Source of the DNA: Trypanosoma brucei
Lineage: Eukaryota
Reading direction: 5' to 3'
Assembly (NCBI GenBank): GCA_000002445.1
Contig: CP000070.1
Span: forward strand, 352,001-416,000
Length of the DNA stretch: 64,000 nucleotides
Shown: one piece after another, positions 1 to 10,700 of the stretch
Position numbering within the stretch: position 1 is the stretch's first letter
Layout: each line of letters opens with the position of its first letter
The notes under the pieces: generated by a model
Database searches by the model: none
What the model was told of the DNA's origin: nothing
What the model saw: only the letters and a program-made list of their open reading frames with translations
Program-made: the position numbers and the translations under genes

Positions 1-315
1 AGGGTCACTGAGGTACACGAAACCAATTCTTACGCTACGCTTTACAATTTCCAGCAGTTTAGGCAGGTTGAATATACGGTTTGCCGGCTTTACGCAGGAA
101 AGCGTTGTATTGGCCAAGGAAAAGGCGAAACCCTGATGGAAGCAGTAAACGAAGCGGCCCAGCACACACTTCTTAATTATTATCTTAAAGACGTGAGCAA
201 TGCGAACTCCCGTGAAAAAGAAGAGGACGCTGTCACCGAGGCCTTCAGTGCCACTCCACCTGAGTTGACGGAGGTCCGCGTCAAAGAGGCTACGGAGGAA
301 GAAGTTATTTTTTGA
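1..315 (+). CDS. 3' end of an upstream gene, partial with no start in the window; C-terminal segment resembles a dsRNA-binding-domain tail
   Basis: Frame 1 is open from base 1 to TGA at 313-315 and translates ...YAGKRCIGQGKGETLMEAVNEAAQHTLLNYYLKD...EEEVIF*. 'GQGKGETLMEAVNEAAQHTL' fits the dsRBD C-terminal G-x-G-x-x-K...A-x-x-AA-x-x-L pattern loosely. It is absent from the ORF track only because no Met start lies inside the window. Confidence 0.35.
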   Translation, partial: RVTEVHETNSYATLYNFQQFRQVEYTVCRLYAGKRCIGQGKGETLMEAVNEAAQHTLLNYYLKDVSNANSREKEEDAVTEAFSATPPELTEVRVKEATEEEVIF

Positions 316-591
316 CACCTCTTTTCCACAAACATTGAAGTTTAAAAAAACCTACGTGTTGTTTTGCGGATATCGGTTTAGTTTAATATTTAAGTTTGAA
401 ATTATTGACTTGCTACTGGTCGATCATACAGAACACTTCCTTCTTGTTATTAAGTGAATTTTCAGTAATTCAAATTCTTATGTACCTTCCGCCACTTGTT
501 TTTTTCTAGGAAAAAGTATACTTGGTATACAGTGGCTCGACAACGTCACGTAACTGTTTAAGGGGGAGTTAAGTGTGCGAGCCGGAGGGAA

Positions 592-1047
592 ATGAGTACG
601 ATGGATGTCCCGGGCACCGCCATTGAGCAGTATTTCAACCAGCTCATCCAGATGAGGCTTCTCACACAGGTGATTGTATCAGATACTCGGGGTGATACGA
701 CTGTTGCGTGTCTCATGGGTTTGGAACATGGAGGAGACGCTGTTGTTTCGTCATCTGAAGATACGTACGGCGTAGCAGAGTCGATAATGGAAAGCAACGT
801 CGCCCTTAGTGGTGCTCGATGCTTTCAGAATTTAGACCAACTGAACCTGGGTGTGCCACTCTATGTAAGCTTTCAGTATCACGATGATGTCGTTGTGCAG
901 ACGCTCGATGGGTGCTGTATGCTGACTCTCATCGGTAGCCGGTCCCAAGGACATTTTGTAGGTGGCCTACTAACACTTCTCGATCAAATACGTTCGTGCG
1001 AGGCATATCAAGAGCTACTAACACAAACTCAACTATGCTTTAGGTGA
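592..1047 (+). CDS. small conserved hypothetical protein of 151 aa; possibly a Roadblock/LC7-like fold
   Basis: Clean ORF preceded by polypyrimidine tracts at about 440-530, typical of a trypanosomatid splice-acceptor region. The size and alternating hydrophobic pattern are compatible with a roadblock/longin-like alpha-beta fold, but I see no diagnostic motif. Confidence 0.5.
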   Translation: MSTMDVPGTAIEQYFNQLIQMRLLTQVIVSDTRGDTTVACLMGLEHGGDAVVSSSEDTYGVAESIMESNVALSGARCFQNLDQLNLGVPLYVSFQYHDDVVVQTLDGCCMLTLIGSRSQGHFVGGLLTLLDQIRSCEAYQELLTQTQLCFR

Positions 1048-1437
1048 AGTATCTACTTCCAGTCGTTTACGTGTCAGAGGCCATATTCTCTTTTCTACAT
1101 TTCCTTTTATTTCCCTGATTGTCTTGAAGTCGCCATGCGGGGTCTATTTGTGACGTTTTGTTGGTCATCGCTATTTCTCATTAATTTATTTGTGTGCTCG
1201 AGCTCTCAGCATCCTGATTCTCTACTCTGGACCCCTTTGCCCTTTCCCTTATTGAACCCCTCTGTGTACAGGTATTTTTTGAAGGCCATTTTCAACGATT
1301 TTCGTCTATAGTTATCCATTCTTTCTCGCATTTGTGCTCTTTCCAAACCTTTCTTTGTTAGGCAGCCGGTACCATTCGCAGCAGCAGCCAGAAGTAGACT
1401 AATTTGCAAGTAGTTTGTACCATACGTTGTCAAAATC

Positions 1438-1995
1438 GTGATGACTGTGAACATCGTTGCGCGCATTTCCAACTTACCAACCAGTATTACGGACGCTCAC
1501 TTGCGGGAGCTAATTGAACCGTTTGCACGAGTGAGGTGTATTATTATGCCCAAGTCTGCTCTTTGGCAGACGTGTCCCACGGGGCGCGCGGAAGTTGTGG
1601 GTGCCACGACTGATGACACTATATTGGTATACGTCCATCTCCACGGATCTATCATTGATGGTAATCGAGTAAACGTATCATTTGGGAAAGTAGCCAAATG
1701 TGTTCAACCGACTTCTTCATCACGCTTCGCGGGAGAACGGCGGGAGAGGACGTCACGCCGCACGCGTAGTGAAAGCAGGGGGGCGCGGAAAAGACCGAAG
1801 AGGGGCGATCGTAGTGGGGAATATTGCAGTAGGGGGCATGGGAAGCGGCAGACAGTGAGGCGGTCACCTACTCCACGGAAAACGAGGCGCTACTCTACAT
1901 CTCCTTCGAGCAGAAGCTCCTCTTCCGGACGGGACTCGTGGTCAAGCGACAGAAGCCGAAGCCGAAGCCGCTCCCCGTACCCAAGTTGGAGCTAA
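1438..1995 (+). CDS. RRM-like RNA-binding protein with a C-terminal Arg/Ser-rich (RS) domain, i.e. an SR-type protein
   Basis: The N-terminal ~90 aa has an RRM-like layout (VNIVARISNLPTSITDAHLRELIEPFARV ... ILVYVHL ... GNRVNVSF). The C-terminal half is rich in RS/RSRS/SPxR (RSRSRSRSP, RRTRSESRGARKRPKRGDRS). My recollection that this corresponds to a T. brucei RBSR-type SR protein is unverified. Confidence 0.7.
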   Translation: MMTVNIVARISNLPTSITDAHLRELIEPFARVRCIIMPKSALWQTCPTGRAEVVGATTDDTILVYVHLHGSIIDGNRVNVSFGKVAKCVQPTSSSRFAGERRERTSRRTRSESRGARKRPKRGDRSGEYCSRGHGKRQTVRRSPTPRKTRRYSTSPSSRSSSSGRDSWSSDRSRSRSRSPYPSWS

Positions 1996-2445
1996 TAGCA
2001 TTAAGGTAACTGGGCTCTCATTTCAGTTGGGAGAAGTGAGGTGTTCTCAATCGAGATTAACGAGTTGGCGCACGGATGTGTTGTGCGGAAAATGCGTGAG
2101 ACGAACAAGGAGTTGTTCCGTCGATATGTTTTTGTTCCCCTCCTTCTGGCAGATAGTTGTTTGTTCGTTGAAATTAATACTGGTTTAATGTCTCTTTCCC
2201 CTCAATTTAAGTGGATGCGCTCTTACACTTTCAACGGCGCTGTCATGACAAGAGGATATTGTTATCGTAATATGTGTATGTGCACTTGTATAAGCACATG
2301 CTATATATATACTTTTTTAAACCCCCTTGATCATACATTACAGTAAAACCATTACGGGGTTGCCTGTTTCTGATTTGGCTACTGCAACAAAAAATCATAT
2401 TAGTAGGGAGAGAGTATTTGTAAAATAAGTAGGGTAGGGAGGGAA

Positions 2446-4110
2446 GTGATGAACAATGCTAATGACACTTTAGATTACAGTGGTAACACTTCCTCTACGT
2501 ATTCTGCCGCTGTAAACGAAGAATTTTTAACTCCTACAAGACGTACTCATGTGTCAGTGTCCACTTCTCACGTGAGCAGCTCCGAAGCTGACTTCGTCAC
2601 GGGATCAATGGTCGACGATGAAGAATATTACAATGAATACACTAGTGGGTATGAAAGCAGAGTGTATACTCATGCATCCTTCACCTACGACGAATTTTCT
2701 TCTGGATCCCCAAATTCCGACGACCTGAGTTCAACGTTCATGAGCTACTATATTGATAGTGTCATAGGCCAAAAGACTCGCTATTTTTTTTCTGTTCTGC
2801 GAAAGCCAATCGTGTTCTTCTCGTTGATATTGCCTGGGTCTAACTTTGTTGGGTCCCTTGGTCGTCTGGTATACGCTGTAACTGTATCTGCGTCCAGACG
2901 CACAGCGGTAAATTATTCTATGGGCGTGGAAACCCTTTGCGTCCTTCCTAAGGGGTATGGGCACATGCCGGAGCACTTGCAGCGCGCACGTCTTGCATTG
3001 CCCTCATTTGTTGAGTACTTTGCTAAAATGTTGTTGCGACTCAGTGGAGTTCCTTCGCTTGCTGATTTGCAGAAGAGAAAATGGTTAGAAACGGTGCGAA
3101 TTCTGAAGAGTGCAACTGGGGAGATTATATCACAGTCAGCCCACCGGTCTTCAGGGCCAATGATACCGCTTGCAGTTTTCCTTCCAGTGTTTTCACTCAG
3201 TGTTATTACGATAGCTCGAGGCGTGATTTCACGGCAACAAACCTATAACGAATATGAGGAGGACGAGGACGTGGCGTACGAAGCGGCGCATTCAGGTAGT
3301 TACAAGGGGGTGGCAGCTTCGCGAGGGTTGGATGCGCTACAGCTGTCTGGATTAGATGACTCATTCCCAAATCTAGGATCGGAAAAATCAAACGAGGTTA
3401 ACTACAGTGGGGTGGAAACGCCGAAAGGTTCACCACCCGCCCCCGAACTTTTCCCGTCTCCTAAACCACAAGGTGAGAGACATGCCCCCTCTGAGACACA
3501 AACGAACCCCCAAACAGTACCAACTTCGAGGGATTTATCTCCTGATTCTTCCGCTGTCGGTGATGAATTTAAATTGATAATGTCCCCCACATCAGAGGAT
3601 CCGGGGCGAGCCCCTTCTGCGGCTTCCCGGGAAGCTGTTCGGCATCCTAAACAGTACGATCTAAGGGGTGATGTCGTAATCGCTTTGACTGGGGAGCCGT
3701 CACCTCAAGAGGTGGATGTTCTGCTTATGGCGGCGGCGAAATATAAGTGTCGGAGGGTAATTTTGCCCTCTTTAGTGGCAGACACAGCGCTGGCGTCAGT
3801 GCATCCTTTAGTGGATGTGGTGAAGGTCAGCGATGTGATGGAACATGTCATGAGTGTTGAGGAAAGCGAAGGGCGGACTACTGTTGGAGTTTTTCTGCGG
3901 CCAGTAACTGATGAAACGGAGGAATTGCGGCTCTTCACACACCCTACCTCTGTAGTATACATTTTTGTGCCTGCGGCATTTTTGGAGGCTAATGTTATCG
4001 CACATCTGGTTGACCGTAGCGTTTATTATTCGGCATCGTTGGACGAACCCTTCCCCATCAATGTGTGTCTTTATGACCGCCTTACTAAAGAGCGACGGGA
4101 GGGTGCGTGA
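2446..4110 (+). CDS. hypothetical protein of 554 aa, Ser-rich, with two predicted transmembrane helices
   Basis: Long ORF in the common + orientation. Hydrophobic stretches PIVFFSLILPGSNFVGSLGRLVYAVTV and MIPLAVFLPVFSLSVITIARGVI. No recognisable catalytic motif. Confidence 0.55.
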   Translation: MMNNANDTLDYSGNTSSTYSAAVNEEFLTPTRRTHVSVSTSHVSSSEADFVTGSMVDDEEYYNEYTSGYESRVYTHASFTYDEFSSGSPNSDDLSSTFMSYYIDSVIGQKTRYFFSVLRKPIVFFSLILPGSNFVGSLGRLVYAVTVSASRRTAVNYSMGVETLCVLPKGYGHMPEHLQRARLALPSFVEYFAKMLLRLSGVPSLADLQKRKWLETVRILKSATGEIISQSAHRSSGPMIPLAVFLPVFSLSVITIARGVISRQQTYNEYEEDEDVAYEAAHSGSYKGVAASRGLDALQLSGLDDSFPNLGSEKSNEVNYSGVETPKGSPPAPELFPSPKPQGERHAPSETQTNPQTVPTSRDLSPDSSAVGDEFKLIMSPTSEDPGRAPSAASREAVRHPKQYDLRGDVVIALTGEPSPQEVDVLLMAAAKYKCRRVILPSLVADTALASVHPLVDVVKVSDVMEHVMSVEESEGRTTVGVFLRPVTDETEELRLFTHPTSVVYIFVPAAFLEANVIAHLVDRSVYYSASLDEPFPINVCLYDRLTKERREGA

Positions 4111-4649
4111 TCAACGAAGTCATTGTTTGAGTTGTGTCCAGGTGTGTATTTGTGTATGTGTTTATTGGGATGGGGTTATAAATACGCTTTGTACTTTTTT
4201 CTTAATGATCAAGTAACAACACATATTGGTGAGAGGGGTACTCCTGTCTTGTACATTTGCCATCCAGGGTTTTAACACCACCCCTTACCGATGGGTGCAT
4301 GCTTGTACTCGTACAGTGCGTCCGCTTCTCTCTATCCATATATCATCGCAGCAGCATTTAACCGTTCATGCACTCTTGTTTGACATTTTCTTCCTCTTTC
4401 CCCCCTTTTACATTCCTCTGTAAACTTGGACGATGATATTTTAAATGTTTTGTTCGAACTATCAGCGCGTAAAGGGCAAAGCACTGCTTCTCAGGAAAAC
4501 CTACGGAGTGGTCTTGAGTTGTTTTTGCTCGGGCTGTACCGAACTGGTTGTGCAGGGAAGTTCCATAGAAAAAGATAAAATAGGTTTACTCGTAATTTCG
4601 CTTCCTATTTTTAACACGGATAGACTTTTTTCTCTGGGGGTTCGCACTA

Positions 4650-4666
4650 ATATATATATATATATA
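4650..4666. repeat. (TA)8 microsatellite
   Basis: Direct read, in the spacer upstream of the 4731 gene. Confidence 0.9.
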
Positions 4667-4730
4667 CATTGTACAGCCGTACAAGGTGCACAAACGTTTT
4701 TAAAATTTGTGCGTATAGATTTTCCATTAT

Positions 4731-7223
4731 ATGCTTCGACCGCACTGCACTGAGCGAGTCCCTTCCTGTATAGATTCAGGATCCGGAAATGTCGTTTTTG
4801 CGTTGCATCCAGACCCATTTGGTAACCAAGTTTGCTGGGGCAGCTGCGTCGTGACGCGAAATCTGGAGTTGGTTTTCAGCCGCCCTTCGTATGGGGCGTC
4901 TCGGCTCAAAATCCCCGGGGCGCATGAAAAGGGAGACACCTCGCAATTTTTTTGTTTTTCGTGTGTCAACGCGACGAAGTTGTTGGGCGTTCCCATTGAA
5001 CCCAAATGGGTGATGAGCTACGACTTGAGCTCAAACAGCTACTCGGAGGAGACAGAAATGAGCCATGCAAACTCGGTGTTGCAGGGACTCCCGACGGTTG
5101 CCATGTTGCTCATGACAAATAACGCTGAAACTAAGTTGCTCGTCGTAAACCCTGTTTTGCACGTGGAAAAGAAAGAGCAGATCATTACTTATCGTGCAAC
5201 CCTGCTTACCTCGCCCGACAGCGTTCAACATGTCGTGATGTGCCGTGGGGGTAGGGTGGTGCTGCTACTTGAGCAATGTGTGGGTGGTAATGTCGCATCG
5301 CAATGTTTCGGCTTACTTATCCGGGATGGGCAGCCCCATGCACCATTCAAATCCGTGCGGCTTACCGTTCCAGGTGAGTTTATCGCGTCGATGCCCGCCC
5401 AGCGGATTATTTGTGCAAGAGCACGAAGACCTCTGGGTCAGACTACGCATGCAATGATTGAGACAGTCGATACAGAAGTTACAACCTTCACCGATCATGG
5501 TGTGGTAATCGTATTTCGGATAGGCGTATCTGATGCGGAACCACAGAGAGTAACTTGTGTGTGGGTTTCGCACCTTTTCCGGCGGAGTGAGTCGCAGAAA
5601 AAACTTCTTAGACCCCTCGGTGTGGTTGAAAGGTGGAATACAACTATGTCTTTCAAGCAAGCAACGGGACTTGCCGGCACAAAGCCGCCACTCCCTCCTC
5701 TGGGGTGCGAGGTACCGCAACAGTTACAGGGATTTAAAACACACTCGTCAATTATTTGCGCAAGTTCCAATGGTGCACTGATTCTAGTCGCCAAACCCAA
5801 CTCCCCAGATGCGTTTATCGCCTGTCTAGGAGCGAGCGTTCATGAACGCTCGAGTGCGAATGCGGGTGTTGGCGTATCTTTGCCACCGAGTTTGAACCTT
5901 TGTGACGCTTCGTGGATTAGTGGGCCCCTTTGTGGCTTTTTGCTTCTTGGTAACGATGATGGCAGAAAGGTTCTCTCTCTTTATTTTCTTCCGCTCACCG
6001 GAGAGTCACCACGGCGGGTGCACATTGAGCAAACCGACTGCGAGTGGGCAAACATAGAGAACAGGAATGTTCGCTTCTTTTCTCTCAGCACAGTAGTGAA
6101 TATATTTGGAGTCCCCCAGTTGCGCATATCACTGCTCTTTTCCCAGCACCGCAAAAGAGGGGACACACAGATAGAAGACTGGAGTGAATTACGTACTTGT
6201 CTCTTCTCTTTTCCAACAGTTGCATCCCTATCATCGGTTGAGGACCCCGCACACGTGTCAACCCTTGTTTATTGCACTGGACTGGCTGCTTTTGAGGCAA
6301 TTCCCTGGCCTGTGGGTACGTCTGCACGAACTAAGTGTACAGATGAGGTCCACGGTTTCGGTGATGTACAACTTTCGACAGAAGCTGCTCTCGAGTCACA
6401 ATTAAAACGTTGGCCTCATTTGGAAGAATCGGGAATTGAATTCTTCTGCGGATTAATACATGAGATGATTCAACGTCTCACGACTAGCGTACAACGATGT
6501 CGTTTCGTTGATTCGGGGTTCGGCAACCGGGCCGTTGCCGCACTGGTAGCAGTGTTCCAGGGTGTAGCTGAGGCTTTCGTCACCCTCGGTGTTGCGTATT
6601 CATCAACTCTTCTGAAGCGTTATTTGTGCTATGTTCACAGCATTCTGGTCATACTTCGCCAGGCGCTGACAGTTATGGGTCAGTATGGTGCAATATCTGC
6701 CTGCTTCTCCGCAGTAGCTCCGTTTGCGCATCTTGATAGCAGTGGAAGCGAAGGCGAACTACAACCTGAGTGGCGCGCGTTGCTTGGGGCACTCTTTGAC
6801 GAGGCATTAGCACACACGTGTGCTTACCCTTCGCTGGCACAGGCGCTTCTTCCGCACTGCAGCGCAGGTGTGAAACAAATAATGGAGGCTGGACGACGCA
6901 TGGAACAGTGGACGCACAAGCAACAAGAAACCGCAGCTACGACCTTAACGACAGCTGATAGGGGTGAGAGCACACAGGTCCGAACACTGCAAGAGGTTCT
7001 CTCGCTCGTGCGGAATGGGGCGCCTGCATTGTCGATGCTCTCCCCTGCTGACGTCTGTTGCGCGTCGCGGCGTTTGTTCTTCAGCGATGGAATAGACACA
7101 GTACAGGCTTTCCTGAAGAGTTTCGTTGGCGACTACTGGATGAATTGTCCAGATATACAAGCCGTTTGTAAGGAGTATGAAACAGTGAAAGAGGACATGG
7201 ATATAGTTCTTCAGTGCCGTTAA
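4731..7223 (+). CDS. large hypothetical protein of 830 aa
   Basis: 2.5 kb uninterrupted ORF with a polypyrimidine tract plus (TA)8 upstream at 4560-4670. No motif recognised by eye. The true start could be a downstream Met such as MSYDLSS near 5013. Confidence 0.55.
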   Translation: MLRPHCTERVPSCIDSGSGNVVFALHPDPFGNQVCWGSCVVTRNLELVFSRPSYGASRLKIPGAHEKGDTSQFFCFSCVNATKLLGVPIEPKWVMSYDLSSNSYSEETEMSHANSVLQGLPTVAMLLMTNNAETKLLVVNPVLHVEKKEQIITYRATLLTSPDSVQHVVMCRGGRVVLLLEQCVGGNVASQCFGLLIRDGQPHAPFKSVRLTVPGEFIASMPAQRIICARARRPLGQTTHAMIETVDTEVTTFTDHGVVIVFRIGVSDAEPQRVTCVWVSHLFRRSESQKKLLRPLGVVERWNTTMSFKQATGLAGTKPPLPPLGCEVPQQLQGFKTHSSIICASSNGALILVAKPNSPDAFIACLGASVHERSSANAGVGVSLPPSLNLCDASWISGPLCGFLLLGNDDGRKVLSLYFLPLTGESPRRVHIEQTDCEWANIENRNVRFFSLSTVVNIFGVPQLRISLLFSQHRKRGDTQIEDWSELRTCLFSFPTVASLSSVEDPAHVSTLVYCTGLAAFEAIPWPVGTSARTKCTDEVHGFGDVQLSTEAALESQLKRWPHLEESGIEFFCGLIHEMIQRLTTSVQRCRFVDSGFGNRAVAALVAVFQGVAEAFVTLGVAYSSTLLKRYLCYVHSILVILRQALTVMGQYGAISACFSAVAPFAHLDSSGSEGELQPEWRALLGALFDEALAHTCAYPSLAQALLPHCSAGVKQIMEAGRRMEQWTHKQQETAATTLTTADRGESTQVRTLQEVLSLVRNGAPALSMLSPADVCCASRRLFFSDGIDTVQAFLKSFVGDYWMNCPDIQAVCKEYETVKEDMDIVLQCR

Positions 7224-7729
7224 ACACATGGGGCCCAACGCGGAAAAATTACCCACTTGGTCGCAAAAAAAAAAAAAGAAATGTGATGGTATACAATCTT
7301 TTTTTTATTTGTTTTCCAGTTCTCATGTCAGGACACATTCCATGCGTACAGAAAACACTTTAATTTGTTGGTTGTGTAAGGGTATAATAAGTGTGTTCTT
7401 TTCAGATCTGCGTCGTATGCAATATCTCACCCCCCTTCTCGTATTTCCCGTACGCCTTACTGCTGTGGATAAATAGTCACACCTTCTCGTTTACGCCATG
7501 CTGTGTTGGCGAAGCGAGAATGCTACTTTTCATTTATTTCTTTTGTGAGCTCTCATCTTTTGCACTTAATTCTTTGAAAACTGAAGCACTTTTCCTTGGC
7601 AGTGAGGTTAAGCTTGGTAAGGGGTATAACATCATTTTTATTTCTGGAAACGGCTGTGGAAACAGAAATAAAATTGGCTGGGTTGATACACAAGAACCGG
7701 GGTTGGTAGTGTGGCGTTAGCCGCAGTGG

Positions 7730-10700
7730 GTGAACGTTTGGGCGAAGCAGCTTCATTTTCAACACCAATCCCAATATCGTCCTTTGTTTACCAGCATGGA
7801 CGCAATAAATGAATCAACATTGATGAGCCGCGCTGCCCCAAATGCACCGAAGGGTATAAGTGTCCTCAATAAGAGCGTGCATGAGTCCATGCATTTCCCA
7901 CCTGCATGGGTTTCTCTTTCGGTTGGCCACTTGGATGATGCCTACTCCCTGAGCAGCAAAAACAACGATGTTCTGTGTTTGGCAGCCTCCCTTGTGATGC
8001 GAGGGGACACAGAGAGAGCACTAAAGATGATGGAAGCGCTTATAATCTCCAGTTGTGTCGTAGTCCACGAACGCCTAAAGGGGCTGCTGTCTGATGATTG
8101 CTCCTCCTTGAAACGGATGAGCCAAGTCTTGTTAAGCCATGTGCGTGGTAGAGCCGCACTCGCAGCAGCACTGGGTGCGAGCATTGATCCTACCAGTGAA
8201 GAGTGTCAGCAAGCTGCCATGGGCGCATGCGAGATTGTGGATTGGGATGTTATCCACAGGTGGTTTATCATTGCTCTCCTCCTGCACGATGGGGATTATA
8301 AAGCATCGGACATTGTGTGGTTTCATCACTTTTTCGCGCTACCCCCCATGACGACCCTCGATGGGAGCCCGAAATCGGCCACCTCAGCTAGGAAGCGGGA
8401 TGCCGATACGTTGTCGGCCGGTTTTCTTGGTGAAGGTCCAACTGCTATGTGGGCCCCTATGGATGCATCCCAAATGAAGGACATACTACTATCCCACTGT
8501 GGCAAGGATGAGGTGCTTCTCATTTCCACCATATGCGCGTGGAAGACGCGACGCTATCGAAGTGTAACCACTAGCGCGACTGAGTTTTTGGCCCTGGCAG
8601 GTGGGGACCAGGTGATTCTGGATGACTACATGAGCATAATGGTGCGCTTCGTTCTTTGTATGAGTCTAATCGAGCTTGGAGAGCGCACGCTTGCTGGCAA
8701 GGAGGTGGCCATACTGATGCAACACAAGGAACCGTTTGTAGCGATGGTTGGTTGCAGCATTGCTACTTTTCTTCTACCGCTTCCGGAGTGTGTCGGGCGC
8801 ATCACCTCATTTAACGGGCCAATTCCGCGGCGGAGGTATTTGATTGCTTTGTGTGAATACATTCATGCCCTTACCCTTTTGCAGCTAGGTTCGATGGAAG
8901 CTGCAATACGGGTCATCAGGGAGGCACTTCCTTATTCGTCTTCGCACAATGTAGGTGAATGGCTCTTGGACATTCTTTGCATCGCCTGTACGGCCATAGA
9001 AGACTCCAAAACGATAAGTGAGTGGCCCGTTTCCGTCCACCGGCAGCTGTACCTTGCACTGGCCCCCGCCTTTTTCGGTGGGTTTAACATGCACGAGCTG
9101 AAGGTGAACATGAAGTCGCCCCTAGGGCGAATGGTATACCCGCGGCGGACCGCCTTATGCGCTTCCATTAAGCAGATGCTTCCCGTGTACATGGTGCGGG
9201 CCAACCAAAAATTCGCTAAGGGAGAGTACGTTGAAGCATGGGAAAACGTGACGCTGGCGGTGGCTTGCGCAGAGGAGATTATCGGGTCTGTTGAGTTCGC
9301 CTTCACTGATTGCTCGCCCATGCTTGTGTACGCATTTGGTTGCCGTGTTGGTGAGCATGTGATCGGTGAACTAATGTCTTCGTCGACATCTGAAGAATTT
9401 TCAACATGTTCCGTTGCAGGTGATACCGCTGCCCTCGTTCAAAAAAGTGATATGCTGGGGGAAAGTGTGATACAATTATGCTTGCAGTGGGCCCGGCGGA
9501 TACGGGAGTTTCACCCCAACGCTCGTTTGGGGGCTTTGACGATGTCTAAATGCACCACTTTTGCCCACACTGACAACTTCTTGAGCCGTGCAATGGATGT
9601 GGCTCACCGTTATCCAGGAAGCGCACTTGCGCAGAACTGTCTTACGCTTGCACTTTACGGTAATCACAACATTCCGGAGGCAGCTGACAGCGCGGCCAAT
9701 GCACTTCAAACGTTCCCACACACAGTGGAGGTGAAGGCACTTTACGGTTATATGCTGAAAAAGGACGGTCTATACTATTATAACTATCGTGGCCTTATTC
9801 CCGTTCATTGTTCCCCGTGCAACGATTATAAGTGGGCGAAACGTAACATCACCACACTCATACTACTTCTAATCAACGTTGTCGTTATATTGGTGACGCT
9901 GTCGTTGAACTTGCCGAATGTGTTCTCGCTGTCGGAAACTGCAAGAGAAATAGCCGTTAGGGTGCAACTTCCTACTCTGATTCCCATCAGCTACACGCTC
10001 GTGGTGTTTACCTACGCAATCACGGCGAGCTTTACGAAGAACAATCTTACACACACGATACTGCAGGACCTCTTTTTTGACAATGGGCCGCTGAACCGTT
10101 TTGTCTTCGCTATGCGTGGGATTGCCTTCGTGAACGCAAGCAATGCGCTGTTGATAACTATCGCGGGTAACAATTTCCTATTTACCTCGCATTGGTACAC
10201 CTTTTTGTTCTACCTCGTATTATTCATCGTGTTCGTCCCCTTTACTTCACACCTATGGCTTCTTCCTTCTTCGGATCAGCCCAGGGAGGCGATGTGGACA
10301 TGGCTTGCATTGGTTTCTATCGACGTTGCTGCTACTGCTTTTCTGCTGGTGCCACATGTCATATTATTCGTCATCGAGCCGCTTATGTTCGCCTTGTTCT
10401 TCCTGCAGGGGAGCACCTATCGACCCACCCAAGACAACGTGAGCGGAAACGTAAAGAAAAGGTTGGTGATCCACACAGCGTACCGTAACGTGATGCCATC
10501 GCGTTATGCAGTGACTACTGGGTCGGGGTTTATTCATTTGTCTTTGTTGAAGCTTCTGTTTTACAAGACGCACTCGTCGTTATCGACTAAGTACCTGATT
10601 CGTGCACAGACAGATGAAGAGAACTACCGAGTGTTTCCGTTAATTGAGGTATTCGAGCCGATCTCCCCTGCACCAATCGAACTGGACGAAGGGACGAAAT

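Noticed and set aside
1206-1472. 88-aa minus-strand ORF between the first two + strand genes
   Set aside because: It lies in a pyrimidine-rich spacer on the opposite strand from every supported gene. It has low-complexity composition and is unlikely to be coding.
3965-4216. 83-aa + ORF overlapping the 3' end of the 554-aa gene (…VCICVCVYW…)
   Set aside because: It is in a different frame overlapping a supported CDS and runs into a GT-rich repeat. It is an artefact.
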